A stretch of DNA of 64,000 bases. Origin: Longimicrobiales bacterium (GTDB lineage: Bacteria; Gemmatimonadota; Gemmatimonadetes; Longimicrobiales; Gaopeijiaceae). Where the stretch lies: the NCBI GenBank assembly GCA_965198065.1, contig CBDAON010000004.1, positions 1 to 64,000 on the forward strand. Direction: 5' to 3'. Shown here in pieces: positions 8,846-17,816 of the stretch; the stretch's first letter is position 1, and the number at the start of each line of letters is the position of its first letter. The position numbers were made by a program, and so were the translations under genes. A model generated the notes under the pieces. That model was not told where the DNA came from and made no database searches. It saw only the letters and a list, made by a program, of their open reading frames with translations.

Positions 8846-10128
8846 AGATCCTGGTATGCGATGACTTCGAGAGCCGTTGTGAAGACTCCGCCGAAGAAGT
8901 ACGCAACGCTAGTGGTTGTATGGCAGACGTCTTGGCTGCTGACAATTTGACGACCACGCTCGAACAATTTTTTGACGGAGTCGGAAAATACTTAGATAGT
9001 ATGGAGACCGCTGATGGATTGGCCATCAAGTCGGCGTTCGATGGGTATGATATTATTGTAATTGATAACAACCTGACGCAGCTGAACATCAAGGGTACGA
9101 GGATGACGGCTGAGTCAATCATCGGTTACATCCGTGCCTTCAGTCGTGCCGCGTATGTTGTATCGCTCAACAAGAATCCTGATATTGATTTCGATCTTCG
9201 GTATCTAGCGGGTGACTACTTCACGCGGGCGGACTTAGCGGTAAACTCCAAACATCTAGATATTCCGGCACTGTGGCGAGGCCAACTCAACAACAGCACG
9301 AGCAAGTTTGCACCGTGGTACTGGAGGCCACTGTTGGAGGCGCCAGAGAAGCGTCGTATGCAGATCGCCATGGTCGCCTCCAAGTTCGACACTCCGGTGC
9401 TACAAGCTCTAGGTTTCTCTGAGGAGAATACAGCTGCCTTGTCGCCCCTTGCTAGAGAATCGTTGGCGCCGAGCGCACCATTAGCCGAAAGTGGAAGCGA
9501 GTCAACAGAGATTGAGGCGATTACGTTTCTGGATGTGTTTTTGGGAAGAGATCGCTCACTACCTGCGCTACATGATCGTGAAGTACTCGCAAGCACAGCA
9601 CGCACTGGACAAGCTGATGCGCGTCAGATTATTTCCCGTGTCGTCGCCTCAGATATCGAGCATTGGTTACGGTGTGACGTGTTGGCGCCCCAAGACACGC
9701 TGGTAGACGTGCCTCATTTGCTAATGCGGGTACCAGTTATTCTTGGAACGGAAGCGGTGGCAATAGCAGCGTGGAACAGAGCTGTCCGAGGCGACAGCCA
9801 ACCATACGGGCTTGCCACGGACGCATACCGTGCTCATATCGCTTCGTTCAAGTTCGACCATGATCGGTGGGGATTGCCGCCGTGCTTCTGGTGGCGTGGT
9901 ATTCAAAATGATGATGAGCTCGACAAAAAATTTCGAGAGGCAAGACGGGGCGATTGGATTGACGCAGTATTTTGCGAAGATACTTCGCGGTTTATTCTTC
10001 GTACAGGAGAAACTAATGGACCGACGGAATTTGTTACCCAATTGGAGGGACCTTGGGAGAGACGTTACATACAACAGGTAGATGAATTCAAGTACGCGCC
10101 GAAGACCCGCCTAGCATTGTCTTTGTAA
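8842..10128 (+). CDS. Receiver-domain protein with long uncharacterised C-terminal region
   Basis: ATGA overlap with the kinase stop. MKILVCDD and YDIIVIDNNL give the acidic pocket and a candidate phospho-acceptor Asp. No HTH output domain seen. Confidence 0.75.
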   Translation: MKILVCDDFESRCEDSAEEVRNASGCMADVLAADNLTTTLEQFFDGVGKYLDSMETADGLAIKSAFDGYDIIVIDNNLTQLNIKGTRMTAESIIGYIRAFSRAAYVVSLNKNPDIDFDLRYLAGDYFTRADLAVNSKHLDIPALWRGQLNNSTSKFAPWYWRPLLEAPEKRRMQIAMVASKFDTPVLQALGFSEENTAALSPLARESLAPSAPLAESGSESTEIEAITFLDVFLGRDRSLPALHDREVLASTARTGQADARQIISRVVASDIEHWLRCDVLAPQDTLVDVPHLLMRVPVILGTEAVAIAAWNRAVRGDSQPYGLATDAYRAHIASFKFDHDRWGLPPCFWWRGIQNDDELDKKFREARRGDWIDAVFCEDTSRFILRTGETNGPTEFVTQLEGPWERRYIQQVDEFKYAPKTRLALSL

Positions 10129-10147
10129 GAACAGGAGGCGAATCTAA

Positions 10148-10819
10148 TTGGAGAAGCTTATAACACTGATGGTTTTGTATTCCCGGCACGGAATCACGGA
10201 CTGGAGATCTACGTCGGATTCTCTTCGTACAGAAGTTCGTAGAGCTTTGGGGAACGCTGGTGTCGTTCGGAATGAAGCGGAAGCTGTACAGACCATCAAT
10301 AGATACTGGAATCAGGATAAAGTGCAGTGCCACAAATTCATACCGATGCCGAGACGTCCGGACAAAGAAGGCACATGTTGGTTTTTTCTCCCAATTCGCC
10401 AGCGAACTAACGGCGGTGCGGATTTAATCAGCTTTGAAGTATTCGTGTTAATTGAGGAAGAACATCGTTTAGCATTTAGATTTGAACCGGCAGACCGCGA
10501 TTCCACACATGACTACGGGCATGTACAGCTTACGAAATCACTTAGAAAAAAGACACTTGATGCACAAATTGTATCATGGCTTCCCGACAGTTACCCAGCG
10601 TTTCCGATAGGCACTTCGGACCCCCTAGACATCTTTTTGGCAATGGCAGTGTCCGTCCATGGCAATACGGGAGGCTTCGTACATCTTCTGCAAAGAATGC
10701 TCCAGATGGCAAATCGATCGAATGAGTACAGATTCTACGAGGAAAGGCTTCAAGAGGTACTGTTCAGATTCGCACCTGAAGAAGGAAGCGCCGATAACAG
10801 CGAACGTAGTCGCCTCTGA
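10148..10819 (+). CDS. Hypothetical protein (223 aa), last gene of kinase operon
   Basis: TTG start after CAGGAGG RBS; continuous ORF with FRFE...H.Y.H.Q motif. Confidence 0.7.
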   Translation: MEKLITLMVLYSRHGITDWRSTSDSLRTEVRRALGNAGVVRNEAEAVQTINRYWNQDKVQCHKFIPMPRRPDKEGTCWFFLPIRQRTNGGADLISFEVFVLIEEEHRLAFRFEPADRDSTHDYGHVQLTKSLRKKTLDAQIVSWLPDSYPAFPIGTSDPLDIFLAMAVSVHGNTGGFVHLLQRMLQMANRSNEYRFYEERLQEVLFRFAPEEGSADNSERSRL

Positions 10820-12164
10820 TGGTTGGGGCGATACCGTGCAACGCGGCGGCGAGCTTGCCATCCTTTAGTTTCACGTAAATGTCATCGATGTTATCATCCG
10901 GTGCAAAGATTGCATATACCGCGTGTGAGGGCACAGCACCTGATCGGTCAATTGCTGCGCGCGGCACCTTGGCCAATTCAGGTACTAGAATCTTTGGCCG
11001 TTGCCAGAGTAACGGGTGGATCCTGTCGATTGGGCGAAACCACGGAGCCCCATTCACTACAATCGTACGTGTCGCCAACTGCTTTCGGAAACGCAACAAT
11101 CTGGACTTCAGGAGAGGGAACTTCTCGATGTCTATCAGATTGCCGTCTGTGTCATGCATAGCGAGGACTCGACGACCTCGCCAGGCGACGGATCCGTCGG
11201 AGATCTCGGAAGCCGCTATCCACGGTAGCAGCAGTGGGTCGGTGACGTCGTGTTCGTCTGGCTCCAAGACATAGGCTCGAGTACAGCCCAAGGCCGGACC
11301 AACCTTGACCACGTATCCCAGGTCCGCTAGGGACTTCTTGCGATCGTTCGTTGACGTTCTAGTGTGTCTCTTCGGTTTGTTTCGTACGGAAGCGGTTAAG
11401 ATCATGGGATACGAACTGACGTTCTGTAGGAAAGCCTCATTCGCGGTGATACGACGCTCAGAGTGGACATCCAGCACCGGTAACCATTTTCTGCGGAAAC
11501 CTTCTGCGAATTGCATGAACCTCCACCGATCTGAGCAAAGGAAGCTGAAGTGGCCATTCTTTTGCAAAGCAGACAGGGATCGATCAAAGAACGGCAAGAA
11601 TAAATCTCCGCGAGCAATGTTCGTAGGAAGCACTTTCTCATACTGTTTCCTGAGTGCTAGGGGCACTTTCGACCATCGGACGTATGGCGGATTGCCGACG
11701 ATATGGGTAAAACCGCATGAGGGAAGTTTGGACAGAAGGAAATCCTCATTGAGAACCCATGAGCGGGTGCATGCTCGTATAGTATTGTGATGAAGCCCGT
11801 GGTCACGTAGTAGACGGGCCAATCGTTGTTGTGCTAGCTTTGCTTCTGTGGAGTGCAACTCGAAGGCCAGAATTCGCTTGACCAGTGTTCGGGCACTGGG
11901 AGTCACGTGATGCCTCTTGAAGGATCCGATGAGTCGCCCCACCGCTTCAACGAGAAAGGACCCATCGCCCGCTGCAGGTTCCAAGAGACGTGCATGAGAA
12001 AGGTCGTTTTCGGAAACCCATCCTACATCGTCCAGAATTGTGTTTACGATTTCGGGCCTAGTATAGACGCCACAGCGGCGATGTAGCGCATCAATGTCAC
12101 TCAGGACAGCTTTGGAGGTGTTCCCAAGGCTCGTGTTTGTGGAATGGGATTCGACTTTCTTCAT
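10764..12164 (-). CDS. N6-adenine DNA methyltransferase, gamma class (TaqI/Eco57I/PaeR7I-like)
   Basis: VYTRPEIV, motif I LLEPAAGDGSF, motif IV IVGNPPYVR and a TaqI-C-like tail. Start could be 12185. Confidence 0.9.
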   Translation of the reverse strand: MKKVESHSTNTSLGNTSKAVLSDIDALHRRCGVYTRPEIVNTILDDVGWVSENDLSHARLLEPAAGDGSFLVEAVGRLIGSFKRHHVTPSARTLVKRILAFELHSTEAKLAQQRLARLLRDHGLHHNTIRACTRSWVLNEDFLLSKLPSCGFTHIVGNPPYVRWSKVPLALRKQYEKVLPTNIARGDLFLPFFDRSLSALQKNGHFSFLCSDRWRFMQFAEGFRRKWLPVLDVHSERRITANEAFLQNVSSYPMILTASVRNKPKRHTRTSTNDRKKSLADLGYVVKVGPALGCTRAYVLEPDEHDVTDPLLLPWIAASEISDGSVAWRGRRVLAMHDTDGNLIDIEKFPLLKSRLLRFRKQLATRTIVVNGAPWFRPIDRIHPLLWQRPKILVPELAKVPRAAIDRSGAVPSHAVYAIFAPDDNIDDIYVKLKDGKLAAALHGIAPTIRGDYVRCYRRFLLQVRI

Positions 12165-12251
12165 CTGGACGCCAAGGCCATACATCTAAACGAAGACAAG
12201 CGAAACAATGAAGAAACGGGCACGTCTAGCCTCAACATTGTGAGCAGTGCG

Positions 12252-13379
12252 ATGTCAGTAACTGGACTTTTTGCTGGAATCGGAGGCTTCGAAGTGGCTT
12301 TTCGACAGATTGGAATCGAGTCCAACTTACTCGTAGAAATAGATTGTGATGCACGAGCCGTACTTAAGAAAAGGTTTCCAGACGTAGCCCTAGAGGCGAA
12401 TGTACTAGACCTAGAAGAGCTTCCCAAGGACACGACGATCCTAACCTGTGGATTTCCTTGCCAGAATCTCAGCATGGCGGGAGATAAGTCTGGTATTGAA
12501 GGGAAGAAATCGGGCACTGTACGAAAGATGTTCGAGTTCATCGGAAAGGCAGATGTGCCCACGGTCGTCATCGAAAACGTATGCTTCATGCTCCAGTTAG
12601 ATGTTGGTAGAGCGATGCGGTGGCTGGCAGATCAATTCGAAGATCTGGGTTACGATTGGGCATATAGAGTCTTGGATACGAGGGGATTCGGACTACCACA
12701 GCGCCGTCGGCGTGTTTACCTCGTGGCAAGTCGAGCGTCGGATCCACGAGCCGTATTGTTCGCTGATGAGCGGCCGGTGGAGAAGAAAGAGAAGCCAGAT
12801 TTGTCAAAGCCATTAGGATTCTATTGGACAGAGGGGCGGTCTGGATTGGGCCTAACGATTGACGCAGTCCCGCCTCTCAAAGTCGGATCGGGGCTTGGAA
12901 TACCATCCGCACCGGCAGTCCTGTTCGAGGACGGAGAAGTCTTGATGCCCAGTATTGAAGCCTGCGAACAACTGCAAGGGTTCGACGCTAGGTGGACTTC
13001 CGTCTCGAAGAAGGGAACGGTGAAACGAGGAGCGCGGTGGAGCATGGTCGGCAACGCTGTCTCAGTTCCGGTAGCCGAGTGGGTAGCGAAACGGATCCTC
13101 AAGCCAGGCGATGGCCATCATTTCGAAGAATTCCCATTGACTGGGGACCATCGGTGGCCAGCTGCCGCGTGGGGTGTTGGAAGGAGGCGAGTCGGCGTCG
13201 TTGCGAGCGACAAGCCGGTGTCCTCTCCAGCACGTTCGATTAGGGAGTTCCGCGACTCGAGCTGGAGCCGGCTGTCTCATCGGGCTCTAGGGGGTTTCAT
13301 TCGACGCGCTGAAGAAGGAAGACTGCGAATGCCAAAAGGGTTTCTCGAAACCCTGCGTCGTGCACCCCGTAGAGTCTAA
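12252..13379 (+). CDS. C5-cytosine DNA methyltransferase
   Basis: GLFAGIGG, GFPCQ, IENV, QRRRRVY, LQGF and GNAV motifs. The ORF is open from 12144. Confidence 0.93.
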   Translation: MSVTGLFAGIGGFEVAFRQIGIESNLLVEIDCDARAVLKKRFPDVALEANVLDLEELPKDTTILTCGFPCQNLSMAGDKSGIEGKKSGTVRKMFEFIGKADVPTVVIENVCFMLQLDVGRAMRWLADQFEDLGYDWAYRVLDTRGFGLPQRRRRVYLVASRASDPRAVLFADERPVEKKEKPDLSKPLGFYWTEGRSGLGLTIDAVPPLKVGSGLGIPSAPAVLFEDGEVLMPSIEACEQLQGFDARWTSVSKKGTVKRGARWSMVGNAVSVPVAEWVAKRILKPGDGHHFEEFPLTGDHRWPAAAWGVGRRRVGVVASDKPVSSPARSIREFRDSSWSRLSHRALGGFIRRAEEGRLRMPKGFLETLRRAPRRV

Positions 13380-13487
13380 GGATTCCATGGTGACCTATTC
13401 ACAGCGTCCTACGACCCAGTGTCAGCGCCAAGGCCGTGCTCGGAAGTACGTTTCTTCTGGAGCAGCTAGACACCGCTAGGGCTGATG

Positions 13488-13742
13488 TTACTGGACAGGG
13501 TGGCGTCGTCGCCGTTTGCGGTCAAACCTGCTCCGTGCCTCGACCTTCACCTTATCGAGGGCCTTCTTTAGCCGCTCGACTTCGCATTCTAACTCGGCAT
13601 ACGACATGCACTGGTGACTGATGGGAAACTCAAATTCAGGCGCTGGATCTCGTGCCATGATGCGAGCTACCTGGGACCCGATGAAAAGGCCTTCGCCTGG
13701 CTGCACTTCGGAATAGTCTAGTCTGATTTGATAGGCAGTCAT
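13488..13742 (-). CDS. Small hypothetical protein
   Basis: 84-aa ORF with ATG after an A-rich leader and a helical, basic C-terminus; no recognisable motif. Confidence 0.5.
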   Translation of the reverse strand: MTAYQIRLDYSEVQPGEGLFIGSQVARIMARDPAPEFEFPISHQCMSYAELECEVERLKKALDKVKVEARSRFDRKRRRRHPVQ

Positions 13743-13946
13743 TTTTGCTTCTCAGCTCCGTTCAGCAATACACCTCAATATGCGGAAAATGCCATTCCAA
13801 TTGTAATCTACGTGGTTGGCCGAGCCAACAAGGGTAGGGAGCCGGTGTCGCCGAGGGCTCGCACGCCGTCTCACGAGATCTCTGCGGCAAGGCTTTCGAG
13901 TCACGATGATGAGCAGAGCACCGTGAACCATCAACGGGGCCTAGGC

Positions 13947-15215
13947 CTAGTTAGTGTATCGCTTCCGACTCCCACCGGCGAGGTACGCCGCCCAATCGTC
14001 CATGAGCCGACGGCGGCGCTCGAACAGGTCGGAGCGCATGTAGGCGGCCTCGACCGGGTTCCGGACTACATGGGCCAGGGCCGCCTCGACGACTTCGCGG
14101 GGGTGGTCCGTCTCTTCGGCGGCCCAGTCCCTGAACGACGACCTGAACCCATGCGGCACCGCCGTGATCCCGTGCTTCCTGAGCAGCCGGCCCATCTGCT
14201 CGCCGCCCATCTCTCTGCCGCGCTTGCCGACGAACACGATCGGACTCCTGCCGCCGCCCAGCTTCCGCGCCGCGTCGAGAATCTCCAGCGCGCGGCCGCA
14301 CAGCGGCACACGGTGCGCGCGCAGGCTCTTCATCCGGCTCGCGGGGACCGTCCAGACGCGCTCCTCCCGGTCGATCTCGCTCCATACCGCCCCGCGGACC
14401 TCGACGCCCCGCGCCGCCGTGAGCACCATGAACTCGAACGCCAGCGCGTCCACCTTGCCCGCCTTCGCCGCCCGGACCTTCTCGATGGCCGCCCCCACCT
14501 CGCGGTGAGGCAGGGCCTTCCGGTGTCTGACGACATGTTGCTGGGAGCCGAGCACCGGCAGGAGCCGGTCGCACGGGTTGTCCGTTCTCCAGTCCATGGC
14601 GATGGCCCATTCCAGCACGGCGCGGATGCGGTGGCGAACGATCCGGGCCGTCGGCGGGTTCGCGTGCCAGATGGGTGTGAGGATCTCGAGCACGTCGGCG
14701 CTCGTCATCTCGGAGACCGGCACCCTCCCGATCCTTGGGAAGACGTGAATCTCGAAGCTGCGATACCAGTTCCTCGGCACCGCCGCGTTGCGCCATCCGG
14801 CGCTCTTCTGCTCGATGACGCGCTTAGCGGCCTCGGCGAAGGTGGGAATGCCCGCCGAACGCCGCTTCTCGGCCAGCGGATCGCCGCCCGCGCGGGCAAG
14901 CTTGCGGTTGGCCAGCGCCTGCTCCCGCGCCTCGGCGAGCAAGACCAGTTGGGCGTTGCCGAGTCCGAGCTCGCGCTTGCGGCCCCGGATCACGAGCCGC
15001 TGAATCCAACTCCGGGTTCCGGTCTTCTGGACGTAAAGGTAGAGACCGTTGCCATCGCAGTGCCTGCCGGGCGGTGCCGAGCGCACGAAGGCGGTCGAGA
15101 GCCGTTTGTGGGGATGGCGGCCCTTGGGCTTGCCTAGGCGGCGCTTGACGGGAGATCGAATCACATTATCCATCCCCCAATCATAACTGGGATGGAACGG
15201 GATCGCAAAGGGCAC
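13947..15215 (-). CDS. P4-type tyrosine integrase (intact)
   Basis: DGNGLYL, LTAARGVEV, HGFRSSFRDW, LAH and EAAY in one frame; clear paralogue of the 1805-3041 integrase. Confidence 0.93.
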   Translation of the reverse strand: MPFAIPFHPSYDWGMDNVIRSPVKRRLGKPKGRHPHKRLSTAFVRSAPPGRHCDGNGLYLYVQKTGTRSWIQRLVIRGRKRELGLGNAQLVLLAEAREQALANRKLARAGGDPLAEKRRSAGIPTFAEAAKRVIEQKSAGWRNAAVPRNWYRSFEIHVFPRIGRVPVSEMTSADVLEILTPIWHANPPTARIVRHRIRAVLEWAIAMDWRTDNPCDRLLPVLGSQQHVVRHRKALPHREVGAAIEKVRAAKAGKVDALAFEFMVLTAARGVEVRGAVWSEIDREERVWTVPASRMKSLRAHRVPLCGRALEILDAARKLGGGRSPIVFVGKRGREMGGEQMGRLLRKHGITAVPHGFRSSFRDWAAEETDHPREVVEAALAHVVRNPVEAAYMRSDLFERRRRLMDDWAAYLAGGSRKRYTN

Positions 15216-15579
15216 TGCTGGCAGAACGAGACAAGAAAGAAACTACGTAACCTGTTGTAAATACTGGATGTTATGCACCTACCCGGAACTCCTTGGACGG
15301 TATCGGATTCAAGTTGTGTGTTTTACGGCAACAAATCGTCTAGGTTCAACCAGGCTGCACGATCTGCCGCACTTGCCGTGAAGCGATACCACATCCTGAC
15401 GTGTCTGACGGCGGGAACTTGGCATCGAAATGCGCTGCGGGCACTGCGCTTGCTCATCGCAGCCTCATGCCCTGATCGCGGCGCACTCGCGAGCCGGGGT
15501 TTGGCCAAGATCGTGGAGGCATCAGTGGATGCCTCGGGCAACCTGAACAGCTGCCTGCTACCAGACGTCAGCCTTGCTG

Positions 15580-15646
15580 TCAGCGACGTCCGTGACCAAC
15601 CCTGGGGCGAGTGTAGTTTCACCTTTCCTGATCCTGACGGGTGTTG
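15580..15646 (+). pseudogene. VOC/glyoxalase C-terminal remnant interrupted by IS3
   Basis: DVRDQPWGECSFTFPDPDG resembles the VOC motif DQPWG.R.F...DPDG and ends at the IS target site. Confidence 0.4.
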
Positions 15647-15659
15647 TGACGTGACACCC

Positions 15660-16505
15660 TTAGTTGATCCGTTTATTCCCTGACTCCATGTGGTGGTTGA
15701 GGGCGAAGTCCGCAGGTGGGAGATCGCCCAGGGCGCTGTGGGGTCGGACGCGATTGTAGTCCTGCCTCCAGCGTTCGATCGTGTGCCTCGCATCCCGTAG
15801 GGAGAGGAACCAGTGGAGGTTCAGGCACTCGTCCCTGAAGCTCCCGAGGAAGCTCTCGACGAAGCAGTTCTGAATCGGCTTGCCCGGCTGTATGTATTCT
15901 ATCTTGAGGTCCCGGGAGTAGGCCCAGGCGTCGAAGGCACGGCTCGTGAACTCGGAGCCGTTGTCGCAGATCACGCGCTCCGGCAAGCCGCGTTCCTCCC
16001 GAAGTCTCTCGAGCACCTCGATCACGCTCGCCGCAGGGATCGAGTGAGCGACGTGGAGTGCCAGGCACTCGCGGCTGAACTCGTCGATCACCGCGAGGCA
16101 CCGGAACACTCGGCCCGTACTCAGCGTGTCCATGATGAAGTCCACGCTCCACCGCTCGTTCGGATGGCCGAGTGGGTCACGCACCGGTCGTGGTACCTGG
16201 CTCCGTCGTCTCCGACCCTTTCGCCGCACCGCGAGCCCTTCCTCGCGGTAGAGCCGGTGGATCCGCTTCCGGTTCACCAGCCATCCCTCGCGGCGCAGAA
16301 GCACGTGGATGCGTCGGTAGCCCCAGCGAGGCCGCTCGCCCGCGAGCTCCCGGATCCTCGCACGTAACCCCTCCTGAGCTGGGCGCTCGCTTCGGTACCG
16401 GATCGTTGAACGCGGGAAGCCTGTCCAACGGACCACTCGACGCTCCGAGGCCTTCTCGGCGGCTTGCACCCTCCGGACGACCTGGCGCCGCTCCCCGGCC
16501 GTCAC
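15660..16505 (-). CDS. IS3 transposase OrfB (DDE integrase core)
   Basis: WGYRRI, WSVDF, DNGSEF, PGKPIQN..VES, RDECLN and RPHSALG motifs. Confidence 0.93.
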   Translation of the reverse strand: MTAGERRQVVRRVQAAEKASERRVVRWTGFPRSTIRYRSERPAQEGLRARIRELAGERPRWGYRRIHVLLRREGWLVNRKRIHRLYREEGLAVRRKGRRRRSQVPRPVRDPLGHPNERWSVDFIMDTLSTGRVFRCLAVIDEFSRECLALHVAHSIPAASVIEVLERLREERGLPERVICDNGSEFTSRAFDAWAYSRDLKIEYIQPGKPIQNCFVESFLGSFRDECLNLHWFLSLRDARHTIERWRQDYNRVRPHSALGDLPPADFALNHHMESGNKRIN

Positions 16506-16768
16506 AACTCGTTTCCCAGCAGGTCCTTCAGCACCTGAAGGTTCAGCGCCTGGTCGGCCACGATGCGCTTGAGCCGTCGGTTCTCGTCCTCAAGTGCCTT
16601 CAACCGCCTCGCGTCACTGACCTCAAGGCCCCCGTACTTCTTCTTCCACCGATAGAACGTGTCGTGGCTGATCCCGTGGCGTCGGCATACCTCTTTCGTC
16701 GCTCCGCCCGCCTCCGCCTCCCGTAGGATCCCGATGATCTGCTCTTCCGTGAACCTACTCTTCCTCAT
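16502..16768 (-). CDS. IS3 transposase OrfA
   Basis: MRKSRFTEEQII...FYRWKKKYGG...LEDENRRLK; slippery heptamer G-GGA-AAC (16511-16517) leads into the -1 orfB frame. Confidence 0.93.
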   Translation of the reverse strand: MRKSRFTEEQIIGILREAEAGGATKEVCRRHGISHDTFYRWKKKYGGLEVSDARRLKALEDENRRLKRIVADQALNLQVLKDLLGNEL

Positions 16769-16926
16769 GACTCCTCACTTACTCCGAGGAGTCAGAGAAT
16801 AGCTGGCTCAGCTTCCGGGTGTCACGTCAGTTGTCTATGGTCCTATTGCCGGGTCACCTAGCGTCACTCATAAGAGTGCCCGGTTCTCAGACGGACAGCC
16901 GCACCTCAACCTGGATCGTTTGCCGG

Positions 16927-17538
16927 ATGCTCCTGAAGCGGTCGACGCTGGACGGAATCGTAGAGGGATCCATCACACTTCAGTTCCGTCGCTGGAAGCG
17001 TCCGACGGTCAAAGCTGGCGGAACGCTGCTGACCGCCGTGGGCCTGTTGGTGATCGAAGAAGTCGAGCCCATCGAGCTGGATAGCATTATGTCATCCGAC
17101 GCCTTGGCAGCTGGCTTCAGTGATCTCCAATCCCTCTTGTCCGTGCTGGACAGTCGTGGATCCAACCAGGTGTACCGGATACGTCTCTCGTTGAAGGGCC
17201 CAGACCCACGAATCGAGCTCGGAGGCCGCCTGCCATCGGAGAGGGAAATGTCGGACATTCAATCTCGTCTTGATCGCCTAGACGCTCGATCACGGAGTGG
17301 AGCATGGACCGTCAGCACTCTGCGCGAGATTCATCGCCGACCGGCTGAGCGAGCCGCTGGCCTCGCCGCTGGCCTTAACACGGACAAGGCGTTGTTCAAG
17401 ATGAACGTGAGGAAGCTTAAGGCCCTTGGTCTAACAGAGAGCCTTGAGATCGGATACCGCCTATCACGGCGTGGCGAGGAAGTCCTTCGGAACCTCGAGC
17501 AAGTCGCAGACACAGGGCGTGATACGGCCTCGCAGTGA
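16927..17538 (+). CDS. ASCH/PUA-like domain protein with C-terminal winged-HTH-like region
   Basis: GSITLQFRRWKRPTVKAGG (ASCH-like GxKxxxxR), DALAAGF, and C-terminal FKMNVRKLKALGLTESLEIGYRLS. Confidence 0.65.
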   Translation: MLLKRSTLDGIVEGSITLQFRRWKRPTVKAGGTLLTAVGLLVIEEVEPIELDSIMSSDALAAGFSDLQSLLSVLDSRGSNQVYRIRLSLKGPDPRIELGGRLPSEREMSDIQSRLDRLDARSRSGAWTVSTLREIHRRPAERAAGLAAGLNTDKALFKMNVRKLKALGLTESLEIGYRLSRRGEEVLRNLEQVADTGRDTASQ

Positions 17539-17816
17539 CATGCGCGTGTGGGAGTCCCGGACTCCTGCCGCTGGCCATCCCGTCCCCACCCGACCTCACC
17601 ACCCCGGGGCCACCCCGACCCGAACGGGGGAGCGCCTCAGCGCGGCAGGGCGTTCGGCCCCTGAACGGTCTCGGGTGCCGGGTCCTCGGGGGCTCCCGAC
17701 CGCACGCCGGCCATCTCGGCAAGAAGGGGTAGGCTCGGGCTCTCGGCAATGATCGGGAGCAGGTTCTGGATGAAGCTTGCCCCGTCGGACGGAGTGATCG
17801 TGTCGTTCAAGAATCC

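Larger units (their letters stand above)
15647..16829 (-). mobile_element. Complete IS3-family insertion sequence
   Basis: Perfect 13-bp terminal IRs TGACGTGACACCC / GGGTGTCACGTCA; 4-bp target duplication GTTG (15643-15646, 16830-16833); intact orfA and orfB. Confidence 0.95.
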
